Assembly: GCA_963730185.1 (NCBI GenBank) | Contig: CAVSQW010000006.1 | Coordinates: forward strand, 192,001-256,000 | Length of the DNA: 64,000 nucleotides | Source: an uncultured Gemmatimonadales bacterium | Lineage (GTDB): Bacteria; Gemmatimonadota; Gemmatimonadetes; Gemmatimonadales; GWC2-71-9 | Direction of reading: 5' to 3' | Shown: positions 41,048-50,659 of the stretch, one piece after another | How the letters are laid out: every line of letters starts with the position of its first letter | Position numbering within the stretch: the first letter of the stretch is position 1 | Translations under genes and position numbers: made by a program | Notes under the pieces: generated by a model | Seen by the model: only the letters and a program-made list of their open reading frames with translations | Database searches by the model: none | What the model was told of the DNA's origin: nothing

Positions 41048-42409
41048 CTGCGTCCCCCGAGCAGCCGTCGGATCGCCCGATCGAAGCGCGCCCGCCGCTC
41101 GCGATTCACGCGGCGCTGACCCGCCAACCGGGTCCGCGGGGCCGCCAGGTCCAGGTTGCCGACGCCGCCCAGCGACCGCCGCCGGGCCAGGACCTCGCCG
41201 GCCGGCACGGGCGGCATGGGCCGGCCGGCCTTGAGGGCCGCCGCCACCTCGCGATAGGCGGTTCGGAACGGCTCGCCGGCTTCCACCCGGCGCATCACCT
41301 GGTCGGTGGAGAGCACCCCGGCATCCAGCGCCCGGCGCCCCCGCTCCCGGTCCACGCCCAGCACCGGCACCACCCGCGCCATCATGGTCAGCATTTCGCC
41401 GGTTCGCGACAGGCCGCGGAGCAGCGGCTCCTTGAGCAGCTGGAAGTCGCGATGATAGCCGCTGGTGAGCTTGCCCCGGATCGCCAGCAGGGCCGCGAGG
41501 TCGCCTTCGAGCGCCGCGACCCGCGCCCGGGTGAGCTCGAAGACGTCGGGGTTCCGCTTCTGGGGCATGATGCTCGAACCCGTGGCGTACTCCGTCGGGA
41601 GCTCCAGGAGCCCGAACTCCGGTCCCGAGAGCAGGATCACGTCGCTGGCGAACCGGGAGAGGTCGTGCCCGAGCTGGACGCACCAGAAGAGGACACCCGC
41701 CTCGAGCTTGCCCCGGCCCAGCTGCACGGTGGCCACGTTGTGCTCCACCGCGGCGAATCCGAGCGCCCGGGCCGCCACCTCGCGCTCGAGGGGTAGCGGC
41801 ACTCCGTAGCCGGCGGCGCTTCCCAGCGGGGAGCGGTCCACCAGCTCCCAGACCGTCCCCACCGAGCCGGCCGTGTCGAGCAGCGCCTCGGCGTAGGCGG
41901 CGGCCCAGAGCCCCGCGCTCGACGGCATCGCGGGCCGGAGGTGGGTGTACCCCGGCCAGAGCGCGGTCCGATGTTTCGTCGCGAACGCCAGGAACGCGGC
42001 TGCCAGATCGCAGGCGCCGGCCTGGAGGAGCGAGCAGCCGGTCCTTGAGCAGGAGCCGGAGATCGCACGCGACCTGATCGTTCCGCGAGCGGCCGGTGTG
42101 GACCCGCTCGCCGGCGGTGCCCACCCGGTCGGTGAGCCAGGTCTCCACCGCCGAGTGGGCGTCCTCGTGCTGGGCACGGATCCGGAGGGTACCCGCCTCC
42201 ACCGCCCGGAGCGCGGCCCGCAGTCCCGCCCGGAGCTTCCGGTAGTCGGCGGTGGTAAGGAGCTTCGAGGCGCGGAGCCCTTCGATGTGCCCCAGGCTCC
42301 CGAGCACGTCCCAGCCCAGCAGCTCGGCGTCGACCTCGCGGTCGCTCCCGACGGTGTAGTCGAGCATGGCCCGGTCGGCCCGATCGCCTTTGGCCCAGAG
42401 GGTTCTCAT
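41044..42409 (-). CDS. argH: Argininosuccinate lyase, frameshift near 42030
   Basis: Motifs HTGRSRNDQ, PGYTH, GSSIMPQKRNPD. Confidence 0.92.
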
Positions 42410-43489
42410 CTGGAGGTACTCCTCCGCGAGCGCCCGGTAGAAGCTCCGGGCGGCCGTGACTTCGGGAAGGTCCACCGATTCGTCGGGCGTGTGCGACCGG
42501 CGGCTGGTACCGGGCCCGCACTTGATCGCGTCGGTCTGCCGCACGAAGACCCAGTCGGAGCAGGTCGGGCTCCCGAAGGTCCGGGCCCCCGGCCGGACCC
42601 GGAGCGCGGCCGCGAGGAGCCGGGAGTCGGCCGGGGTCTCGCAGGGAACCAGCCGCTCCGAGGTGACCACCACGTCCGACGTCAGCTGCCGCCGGAGCTC
42701 CTCCGCGATCTCGGGGTGCTCCCAGTCCGGCGTGCTCCGGATGTCGAGCACCGCCCGGGCCACGGGCGGGGTGACGTTCCGGCTCACCCCCGCGTCCAGC
42801 ATCGTGGCGGTCACGGTGGCCCGGCCCAACACGCCATGGGCCCGTTGGCTCAGCAGCTCGGGCAGCTTCACCAGGTCGCCGGCCAGCCGGGTGATTGAGT
42901 TCTCGAAGGCGCCGTCGGCCGCGTAACCCGCGTGTCGTTGATCGCCGTGGGCGACCAGATCCACCATCATCAACCCCCGCTGCGCCACCGCGACGTCGAG
43001 ATTGGTCGGCTCGCCCACCACCGCCGCCGAGATCGGCGGGAGCGAGGCCACCGCCCGGCCCATGGTGGTGTGCCGGGTCTCTTCGCCCAGCCCGAGGATC
43101 ACGAAGAGCTGGCCCCGGAGCCCCGAGGTGCCGACCCCCTGGGCCAGGTCGATGGCCGCGGTGATCATCGCCGCCACGGCGGCCTTGGCGTCGCCGGAGC
43201 CCCGGCCGTAGAGGAGATCGCCTTCGATCGTCGGGACGAAGGGATCGCGGGTCCAGCCGTTACCCGGCGGCACCACGTCGAGGTGCGAGATCAGCGCCAG
43301 ACTCCGGCCCGGCCGCCCGCTGTCGACCACGATCTTGACGCCGGTGTCGTCCCGGATCACGTCGAGCCCGGCCCGCCGGGCCAGGGCCTCGACGAACCGC
43401 GCGATCGGCTCCTCATCGCCGCTGATCGACGGGATCGCGACCAGGTCGCGGAGCAGCTCGATCTCAGTCGACGAGCTCGACCCCGACAT
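42406..43489 (-). CDS. argE: M20 N-acyl-ornithine/N-acyl-citrulline deacylase
   Basis: Motifs SHLDVVP, GRGSGDAK, GEE, GEPT, HTPDE; the in-frame run into argH is probably an indel artefact. Confidence 0.88.
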
Positions 43490-44408
43490 AGCTCGCTTTC
43501 TCCTTCTTCCCGACGATCATGGTGCCGGTCCCGGCCCCGGTGAACACTTCCACGAGGATGGAGTCGGGGAGCCGGCCGTCGATGATGTGGGTCCGCTCCA
43601 CCCCGCTGGTGGCCGCCCGGATGCAGGCGTCGACCTTGGGGCGCATCCCGCCGGCCAGCGAGCCGTTGGCAATCAGCTGGGCCAGATCGTCGGGGTCGGC
43701 GAACGTCACCAGCGACGACGGATCGTTCCGGTCCCGGAGCACGCCCGGGACACTGGTGAGGAAGATCAGCTTGTGCGCTTTGAGTCCGATCGCGAGCTGC
43801 TCGGCCACCGTGTCGGCGTTGACATTGTAGACGTTGCCGTCGCGATCGCCGGCCAGCGACGCCACCACCGGCACGAACCGCTGGTCGAGCAGGGTCGTGA
43901 GCACCCGGACGTCGACCCCGGTCACGTCGCCCACGTGGCCGAAGTCCACCAGCCGGCTGGTGCCGTCGTCGTCCGTGACCTCGACCGGCGGCCGTTTGGC
44001 GGCGGTGAGCAGATCAGCATCGACCCCGCTCAGTCCCACCGCCTGCACGCCGTGGTGCCGGAGAGCCGAGAGCACCTCGAGGTTCACGGTCCCGGAAAAC
44101 ACCATCTTGGCGACCTCCAGGGCCCCGTCGTCGGTGACCCGGCGGCCCGCCACGATCACGGGCTCCTGCCCCAGCCGGCGGCTCAGCGCCGTGGCCTGGG
44201 CCCCGCCGCCGTGGACCACCACGATCCGGATGCCGAGCGAGTGAAGCAGGCCCAGCTGGGCCGCCACCTGCTCGAGCACGTGCGCGTCGGAGACGACGTC
44301 GCCACCGATCTTCACGACGAAGGCATGGTCGCGATAGGCCCGCACGTATCGGAGCGCGCCCTTGAGTCCGGTCAGCGGCCGAGCCGCGTCGAGAGGAGCC
44401 GTCATCAT
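43464..44408 (-). CDS. argB: Acetylglutamate kinase
   Basis: Motifs VKIGG, VHGGG, RRVTD, NVNADT, GGMRPK. Confidence 0.95.
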   Translation of the reverse strand: MMTAPLDAARPLTGLKGALRYVRAYRDHAFVVKIGGDVVSDAHVLEQVAAQLGLLHSLGIRIVVVHGGGAQATALSRRLGQEPVIVAGRRVTDDGALEVAKMVFSGTVNLEVLSALRHHGVQAVGLSGVDADLLTAAKRPPVEVTDDDGTSRLVDFGHVGDVTGVDVRVLTTLLDQRFVPVVASLAGDRDGNVYNVNADTVAEQLAIGLKAHKLIFLTSVPGVLRDRNDPSSLVTFADPDDLAQLIANGSLAGGMRPKVDACIRAATSGVERTHIIDGRLPDSILVEVFTGAGTGTMIVGKKEKASYVGVELVD

Positions 44409-45433
44409 CCCCCGCTTCCTTCCCTGTTGCCGATCAGATCCAGCAGGAGGGCCCGCTGCGCGTGGAGGCGGTTCTCCGCCTGGTCCACCACCACGGAGCA
44501 AGGGCCGTCCAGTACCGCGTCCTCGATTTCGACGTTCCGGCGGACCGGGAGGCAGTGCATCACGATGCCCTTCCCGCCCCGGGTGGCCTTGAGGGAATCC
44601 ACGTTCATGATCCAGGGACGGAGATCCTTCCGGAGCGCCTTCTCTTCCTCGGGCTTCCCGTACAGCTGGAGGGAGCCCCAGGACTTCACGTAGACCGCGT
44701 CGGCGCCCACCATCGCGTCGGTCATCGAGCCCGCGAGCGTGACCCGGCCACCGTTCGCGGTGGCCGTCTTGTAGATCGTGGCCATGTCGTCCGGGTCGAG
44801 GTCGTAGCCCTGGGGCCGGGCGATCACCACCTCCATGCCCAGTTGCGCCGCGGCGATCGCCGCGCTGGCCGGGACCGCGGTCGGGAGCGCCTTGGGGTGC
44901 CAGGCCCACGAGAGCACGAACTTCTTTCCCTTGGGATCGCCGAGCTTCTCCTTGAGGGTCAGGGCGTCGGCCAGTCCCTGACACGGGTGGCGCCGAGCCG
45001 ACTCCAGATTGATCACCGGCTTGTCGCTGTACGCGGCGAAGTCCTTGATCACCCGGTCCTGGCGTTCCTTCTGCCAGTCGGTGCCCCGGGGGAAGACCCG
45101 GACCCCGATCGCGTCGGCATACCGGGCCAGGACCCGCGAGGTCTCGATCAGGTGCTCCACCGCCGCGCCCTCCATCACCACGCCGGGCTCGGTCTCCCAG
45201 GTCCAGCTGCCCCGCCCCGGCTCGAGCACGATCATGTGGCCGCCGTGGAGGAACATCGCGGCCTCGAGGCTGGCCCGGGTCCGGAGGCTCGGGTCCATGA
45301 AGGCGGCCGCCAGGATCTTCTTCTCCAGGCCGCCCGGGACCTCGTTCCGCTTGGCCCGCGCGGCCAGGTCGAGGAGGCCCTGGAAGGCCTCCGGGGTCAA
45401 GTCCTCGGTCGCGAGGAAATCACGCTTTCTCAT
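44405..45433 (-). CDS. argF: N-acyl (acetyl/succinyl)-ornithine carbamoyltransferase ArgF'
   Basis: SLRTR (not STRT), EPGVVMEGAAVEH insertion, HPCQ, WAWHPKALP, HCLPVRRN. Confidence 0.9.
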   Translation of the reverse strand: MRKRDFLATEDLTPEAFQGLLDLAARAKRNEVPGGLEKKILAAAFMDPSLRTRASLEAAMFLHGGHMIVLEPGRGSWTWETEPGVVMEGAAVEHLIETSRVLARYADAIGVRVFPRGTDWQKERQDRVIKDFAAYSDKPVINLESARRHPCQGLADALTLKEKLGDPKGKKFVLSWAWHPKALPTAVPASAAIAAAQLGMEVVIARPQGYDLDPDDMATIYKTATANGGRVTLAGSMTDAMVGADAVYVKSWGSLQLYGKPEEEKALRKDLRPWIMNVDSLKATRGGKGIVMHCLPVRRNVEIEDAVLDGPCSVVVDQAENRLHAQRALLLDLIGNREGSGG

Positions 45434-46585
45434 GTCAGCACCCGACGCAACGCGTCGACCAGCAGGGTGGCTTCGGCTCGGGAGAACGAGAGCGGCGGCA
45501 TCAGCCGGAGCACCGCCGGGTCGCTCGAGGTCCCGGTGAGGATGCGCGACTCGAAGAGCGCGCGCTGAACGTCCGGCGGCCTTCCGGTCGAGCCGGAGGC
45601 CGAGGAGCAGGCCGCGGCCTTGGACGTCGGAGACGGCGGGGATCCGCTGCACCGCCCGGCGGATCTGGTCGCCGACCATCACGGCGTTCTCGATCAGCCG
45701 CTCGCGCTGGAGCACGGTCAGGTTGGCGAGGCCGGCCGCGGCGGCCACCGGGCCGCCGCCGAAGGTGCTGCCCAGGTCGCCCACCTTGAGCCCCGAGGTG
45801 ATCGCCGGGGTCGCGACCATGGCGCCGATCGGGATCCCGGCCGCGAGCCCCTTGGCCAGGGTCAATACGTCGGGCACCACCTCGAACGCCTCCGCCGCCG
45901 TGAAGGCGCCGCAGCGGCCCACCCCGCACTGGATCTCGTCGAAGATCAACACCGCGCCTTCGCGGTCGCAGGCCAGCCGGGCGGCCCGGAGAAAGTCGGG
46001 CGAGCAGTCCCGCGCGCCGGCCATCCCCTGGACCGGCTCGACGATCACCGCGGCGACGGTGTCGTCCACGGCGGCACCGATGGCGGTGACGTCGTTGAAC
46101 GGCACCTTGGTCGAGAGCGGGATCCCGGCGCGGCGAGCGCCGTCTTCGTACTTGGCCCCGTCGGTCACGGCCAGCGTGGCCACGGTGCGCCCGTGCCACC
46201 CGCCGGCCACCGAGACGATCTTCTGGCGGCCGGTGACCTTGCGCGCCAGACCGAGGGCGTTCTCGTTGGCCTCCGCGCCGCTGTTGCAGAAGAACACCTT
46301 GCCCAACGGGTCGGGGCAGAGCGAGGCGATGACCTCGGCCAGCTCCTCCCGGCCCGCGTGGGGGATCGCGGTCGAGTAAAAGATCAGCTTCGCGGCCTGG
46401 TCGGCGATCGCCTTGACCACCTCGGGATGCGAGTGGCCGGTCGAGGCGACCGCGTGGCCGCCGTAGGCGTCGAGCCACCGCTCGCCCTTCTCGTCCGTGA
46501 TCCAGGAGCCCTTGCCCGACACCACTCGCAAAGGGAACTGGGCGTACACCGGCAACCAGGCGCCGGAGGTCTGGGATGCGGTCAT
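45430..46585 (-). CDS. argD: Acyl-ornithine aminotransferase, frameshift near 45575
   Basis: Motifs NSGAEANE, EPVQG, DEIQCG, LAKGL, STFGG. Confidence 0.92.
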
Positions 46586-46594
46586 GCCGCTCCT

Positions 46595-47623
46595 CTAAAT
46601 GGGAAAGGGAGACGCGGCGCCGAGCCCGGCGCGCTCGTCGACGCCCAGGGCCAGGTTCATCGCCTGAATGCCCTGCCCGCCGGCGCCTTTGACCAGGTTG
46701 TCGATCGCCACGGTGATGATGACCTCGTCGCCCTTGGTGGTCGGGGCGACGTGGAGCAAGACGTCGTTGGAGCCCACCGCGTGGGTCAGCTCCGGAGGCG
46801 CGTCAAGGACCCGGACGAAGGGGCGCCCCGCGAAGGCGGCCTTCGTGGCCGCCGGCAGCTCGCCGCCCACCGGCTCGGCAAGCCGGGCGTGCACGGTGGC
46901 GTAAATGCCCCGCACGAACGGCCCCGAGTGCGTCAGCAGGCGGGGGCCCGCCTCGGCCCGGCCGGTCCAGGCCCGCCACTGCTCCTGGAGCTCGGCCTCG
47001 TGCCGGTGCCCCTGGACCGAGTAGGCGAACACGTTGTTGGCCCGGAACGGGTGATGGGTCGTCGGCTTGGGACTGACCCCCGCTCCGCTCGAGCCGGTGA
47101 TCCCCCAGACCGCGGGCTCCACCGCGAGCGAGGCCTGTCGAAGCGGGTAGAGCGCCAGCTGGGCGGCCGTCGCAAAGCAGCCCGGCGCGGCGATCGCCTT
47201 GGCGCCTTTCAGCTCGGCGCCCCGGACGTCGGCCAGGCCGTACTCGAACCGATGCACCAGCTCGGGCGCGGGATGCCGGCCGTAGTAGCGCTCGTGGAGC
47301 CGCCCGTCGTGCACCCGGAAATCGGCGGCCAGGTCGACCACCAGGCCCGGACCGGCGTCGAGAATCTCGCCCATGATCTTGGACGACTCGCCGTGCTCCA
47401 GCGACAGGAAGACCACGTCGGCGTCGCGGGCGGCCTCGGCGGGCGAGAGCCCGGCAAACCGAACCTCGGTTCGCCCGGCGAGCGAGGGATGCACCTCGCC
47501 CAGGGGCTTCCCGGCTTGGCTCCGGCTGGTCGCCACCAGCTCGGTGACCTCCGGGTGCTGGAGCAGGAGCCGAAGCAACTCCCCGCCGACGAAGCCGGCG
47601 GACCCGATCGCGGCCACCCGCAT
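46595..47623 (-). CDS. argC: N-acyl-gamma-glutamyl-phosphate reductase
   Basis: Motifs GSAGFVG, PGCFAT, TGSSGAG, DNLVKGAGGQ. Confidence 0.95.
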   Translation of the reverse strand: MRVAAIGSAGFVGGELLRLLLQHPEVTELVATSRSQAGKPLGEVHPSLAGRTEVRFAGLSPAEAARDADVVFLSLEHGESSKIMGEILDAGPGLVVDLAADFRVHDGRLHERYYGRHPAPELVHRFEYGLADVRGAELKGAKAIAAPGCFATAAQLALYPLRQASLAVEPAVWGITGSSGAGVSPKPTTHHPFRANNVFAYSVQGHRHEAELQEQWRAWTGRAEAGPRLLTHSGPFVRGIYATVHARLAEPVGGELPAATKAAFAGRPFVRVLDAPPELTHAVGSNDVLLHVAPTTKGDEVIITVAIDNLVKGAGGQGIQAMNLALGVDERAGLGAASPFPI

Positions 47624-48708
47624 CAGGCGGCTCCCTGCCGGGCTCGCCAGTCGGCGATGGCCGGCTCCACCACGTCGAGCAGGCCGGCGGCGTCGCGGCG
47701 GGCGTTGTGGGCCGGGAAGCCCAGCGTGCCGGTGATGAAGTCGCGACCGACCTGGTTGTCGGTGGCGGGTCCGGTAAAGAGCGTGAGCGGGAGATGGAAC
47801 CGGTCGCGATAGAGCTCCAGCGCTCCCCAACAGGCCACCGGATCGGGCGCGGCCATCACGTGCGCGGCGCCCAGACCCATCAGGCCCCGGTTCTCGAGAA
47901 TGTCCTGCACCCCGTACTCACCCAGAATCCCGTCACCCAGCTCGGCCACGATCACGTCGGGGGCGCCCGACGAGCGGCTGGCCAGCCGGTTGAAGAGCCC
48001 GCGGGCCACCCCCACGGTCAGACCCGGGTGGGTGCTGGCGATGCCGGCATCGTTGAAGGTCAGCGCCGCGATCGCGCCGGCATCGAGCATGGCCAGCGTG
48101 TCCCGCATCAGCGACACGCCGGTCAGCTTGGCGGCGCCGACCCGATAGCCGCGCCGAGCCAGACCCCGCACCAGCTCGGTGGCCGCGACCGTCTTTCCAG
48201 CGTTCATGCAAGTCCCGGCCACGTACACGACCGGGGTCTCGGCCGTGAGCTCGTCGGCCACCGGCACCGCGCCGTCGTGGATGGTGGCCGGCGTCCCGAC
48301 CCGGTCGCCCAGATCGGGAAAGGCCAGCACGGCACCCAGGACCTCCGCCTGGAACGGCGGCCCGATGTCGGGATTCTCGGAGATGCACCGGCCCACGATC
48401 CCGCCCAGGTTGAGCACGGCGATCGTGTCGCCGACCACGATAGTGTCGGGCACCTCGCCGGCGTAGCCCCGGAGTGCCCGGCGGGAGCCGAGCACCCCGG
48501 CCAGGACGTCGCCGGAGCGGAGCGAGACCATCCGGCCGCTCACGTCCTCGACGGTGTTGTAGCTCGACTTGTCGGTCAGGATCCGGACCGCGAGGATCCG
48601 CCCCTCCTCGGCCAGGATCTCGTTGCCCACGATCACGTCGGGCGCGAGCCGGGCGTTCCGGGTGGCCGACGAGATCCGGTCGAGGTGGACCCGGGTGGTA
48701 CGCACCAT
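47623..48708 (-). CDS. DUF1611/DgcN-like P-loop protein in the arg operon
   Basis: VAGTCMNAGKT P-loop variant, AAKLTG, AELGDG; tightly coupled between argG and argC. Confidence 0.7.
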   Translation of the reverse strand: MVRTTRVHLDRISSATRNARLAPDVIVGNEILAEEGRILAVRILTDKSSYNTVEDVSGRMVSLRSGDVLAGVLGSRRALRGYAGEVPDTIVVGDTIAVLNLGGIVGRCISENPDIGPPFQAEVLGAVLAFPDLGDRVGTPATIHDGAVPVADELTAETPVVYVAGTCMNAGKTVAATELVRGLARRGYRVGAAKLTGVSLMRDTLAMLDAGAIAALTFNDAGIASTHPGLTVGVARGLFNRLASRSSGAPDVIVAELGDGILGEYGVQDILENRGLMGLGAAHVMAAPDPVACWGALELYRDRFHLPLTLFTGPATDNQVGRDFITGTLGFPAHNARRDAAGLLDVVEPAIADWRARQGAA

Positions 48709-48709
48709 C

Positions 48710-49906
48710 TCAGCCACCACTTCGCTCGCCCACCCGGGCCGCCAGGAGCGACGGGATCGCGCCGATCCGGGCGAAGGCCCGGGCCTCGTCGCCGGTCCAG
48801 AGCCGGTTCTCCTCGCCGTAGGTGGCGACGCTCTTGTCCATCAGCGAGAAGGGGCTCCGGGTCCCGGTCACCATGAACCGGCCCGGCGCCAGATGAATTC
48901 GGGTCTCGCCCGTGACCCGCCGCTGCGAGCTGGTAATCAGCGCCTCGACGTCGCGGAGCGCGGGGTCGAAGTACTGGCCCTCGTGGAGCCGGTCGCCGTA
49001 GAAGCGGGCGAGCTGGTCCTTCCAGAAGGTCTGCCACTTGGTGAGGACCAGCTTTTCCAGCTCGCGATGAGCCGCGATCAGCACCAGCGCGGCGCCGGCC
49101 TCGAACCCGATCCGGCCCTTGATGCCGAGCGCGGTCTCGCCCACGTGGATGTTCCGGCCCAACCCGTAGGCGTCGCTCAGGTCGTTGAGACGACCCACCA
49201 AGGCGGCGCCATCCAGCGGCGTCCCGTCGAGGGCGCGGGGCACGCCCCGCTCCCAGGCAACGATCACGTCGGCCGGGCCGGGCGCGTCGGCCGGCGGGTC
49301 GACCAAGTCGGGTGGCGGCCCGGCCCAGGTATCGTGGGTCCAGCCACCACCCCAGGTGGTGCCCCAGAGCCCCTTGTTGATGCTGTAAGCGCCCGACTTG
49401 GGCGGCACCGGAAGGCCGCGTGACTCCAAGTAGGCGATGGCCTGGTCGCGGGAGAGCGACTCGTCCCGGATCGGGGTCACGATGCTCAGGTCGCCGGCCA
49501 GCACCCGGATGGCGATGTCGAAGCGGACCTGGTCGTTCCCGGCGCCGGTCGAGCCGTGGGCCACGGCCTTGGCGCCGATCCGCCGGGCCACCTCCACCAC
49601 CGAGATGGCCTGCTGGGTCCGCTCCGCCGACACGCTCAGCGGGTAGACCTCGCCCCGGAGCACGTTGCCCTGGATCAGGTAGCGGACGAAGCGGTCGAAG
49701 ACGGCGGTCCGGGCGTCGACCTCATGGTGCTCGACGGCGCCGACGGCCAGGGCCTGCTTCCGGATGGCGGCGAGCTCTTCCGAGGTGGCGCCGCCGGTGT
49801 CGACGTAGACGGTATGGACGGCGTAGCCCTGCTCGGCGAGCCGGGGGACGCAGTAGGAGGTGTCGAGCCCGCCGGAGAAGGCGAGCGCAATGGCTGGTTT
49901 CTGCAT
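48710..49906 (-). CDS. argG: Argininosuccinate synthase
   Basis: Motifs LAFSGGLDTS, HGSTGAGNDQVRF. Confidence 0.95.
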   Translation of the reverse strand: MQKPAIALAFSGGLDTSYCVPRLAEQGYAVHTVYVDTGGATSEELAAIRKQALAVGAVEHHEVDARTAVFDRFVRYLIQGNVLRGEVYPLSVSAERTQQAISVVEVARRIGAKAVAHGSTGAGNDQVRFDIAIRVLAGDLSIVTPIRDESLSRDQAIAYLESRGLPVPPKSGAYSINKGLWGTTWGGGWTHDTWAGPPPDLVDPPADAPGPADVIVAWERGVPRALDGTPLDGAALVGRLNDLSDAYGLGRNIHVGETALGIKGRIGFEAGAALVLIAAHRELEKLVLTKWQTFWKDQLARFYGDRLHEGQYFDPALRDVEALITSSQRRVTGETRIHLAPGRFMVTGTRSPFSLMDKSVATYGEENRLWTGDEARAFARIGAIPSLLAARVGERSGG

Positions 49907-49924
49907 ATTGCATAATAATGCAAT
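49907..49924. promoter_or_regulatory. ARG box overlapping the -10 of the arg promoter
   Basis: Near-palindrome ATTGCATAATAATGCAAT abutting the argG ATG; minus strand TTGCGC-N17-CATTAT. Confidence 0.85.
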
Positions 49925-49961
49925 TGAGCTGCCGTCCGCGCAAGCGGGCGGGGCGGGATCG

Positions 49962-50384
49962 TTACCGGCGGGCCTTGCGGGTGGGTCGGTGGGAGACGAC
50001 CCGGAGCCCGGGCACGCGGGTGAATTCCCGCTCGTTGGCCGTGACCAGGGCCTTGCCGTAAGTGATGGCGGTGGCGGCGATCCAGAGATCGTTCGCCCCG
50101 ATCAGGAGCCCGTTGGCTTGGAGGTAGCGAAAGGTCTGACCGTAGGTCCAGGCCACCGCGTCCGAGCATTCGAGGACGTGGAACGGGGCGACCAAGCGTT
50201 CCCACTTGTGCCGGTCGGTGGGCGCGGCTCCGGCCGCCACCTCTCCACACACGGTGAAGGTGAGGAAGAGTGGCATCTCGGAATGCTGCTCGAGAAAGGC
50301 CTGCGCCGGCCCCGGGGTGCCCCGTCCCAGCTCGCGCTCCAAGTCAATCAGGAACGTGGTCTCGAGGATCAGTCCCTGGCCCAT
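49962..50384 (-). CDS. vapC: VapC PIN-domain toxin
   Basis: Motifs LETTFLID, IGANDLWIAATA, LVTANEREF. Confidence 0.9.
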   Translation of the reverse strand: MGQGLILETTFLIDLERELGRGTPGPAQAFLEQHSEMPLFLTFTVCGEVAAGAAPTDRHKWERLVAPFHVLECSDAVAWTYGQTFRYLQANGLLIGANDLWIAATAITYGKALVTANEREFTRVPGLRVVSHRPTRKARR

Positions 50385-50617
50385 TTGTCGCGCGGCGGGC
50401 GGTCGGCCTTCTTGAGCTCGGTTACGGCATCGAGTTCGGCGTCGGCGTAGATCGGCCCCCGCTCACGCACCAGGGCGAGCAGCGCGCCCGCCGTCACCGG
50501 CTCGGACTCCCAGCGGGCTCGCATGATGACCTCGCTGAAGGACTCATGCGGCGTTCGGCGGGCGGCCACCAGGCGACGGTAGGCCTCGTCGCGGACTGAG
50601 ATCGTCTTGGTACTCAT
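50369..50617 (-). CDS. vapB: VapB-like antitoxin
   Basis: MSTKTISVRDEAYRRL...ESFSEVI; overlaps vapC; promoter TTGACG-N17-TACTCT-N6-ATG. Confidence 0.85.
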   Translation of the reverse strand: MSTKTISVRDEAYRRLVAARRTPHESFSEVIMRARWESEPVTAGALLALVRERGPIYADAELDAVTELKKADRPPRDKWARD

Positions 50618-50659
50618 ACACAGAGAGTACACAGACAATGCATATCCGTCAATCCGCCG

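Noticed and set aside
40595..43489. 964-aa apparent ArgE-ArgH-ArgR fusion ORF
   Set aside because: The middle is out-of-frame nonsense and argH continues in another frame; normal ATGA overlaps exist at 42406-42409 and 41044-41047. Indel artefact.
44405..46585. 726-aa apparent ArgD-ArgF' fusion
   Set aside because: The true ArgD C-terminus (VLRLMPPL...) is in another frame and stops at 45430.
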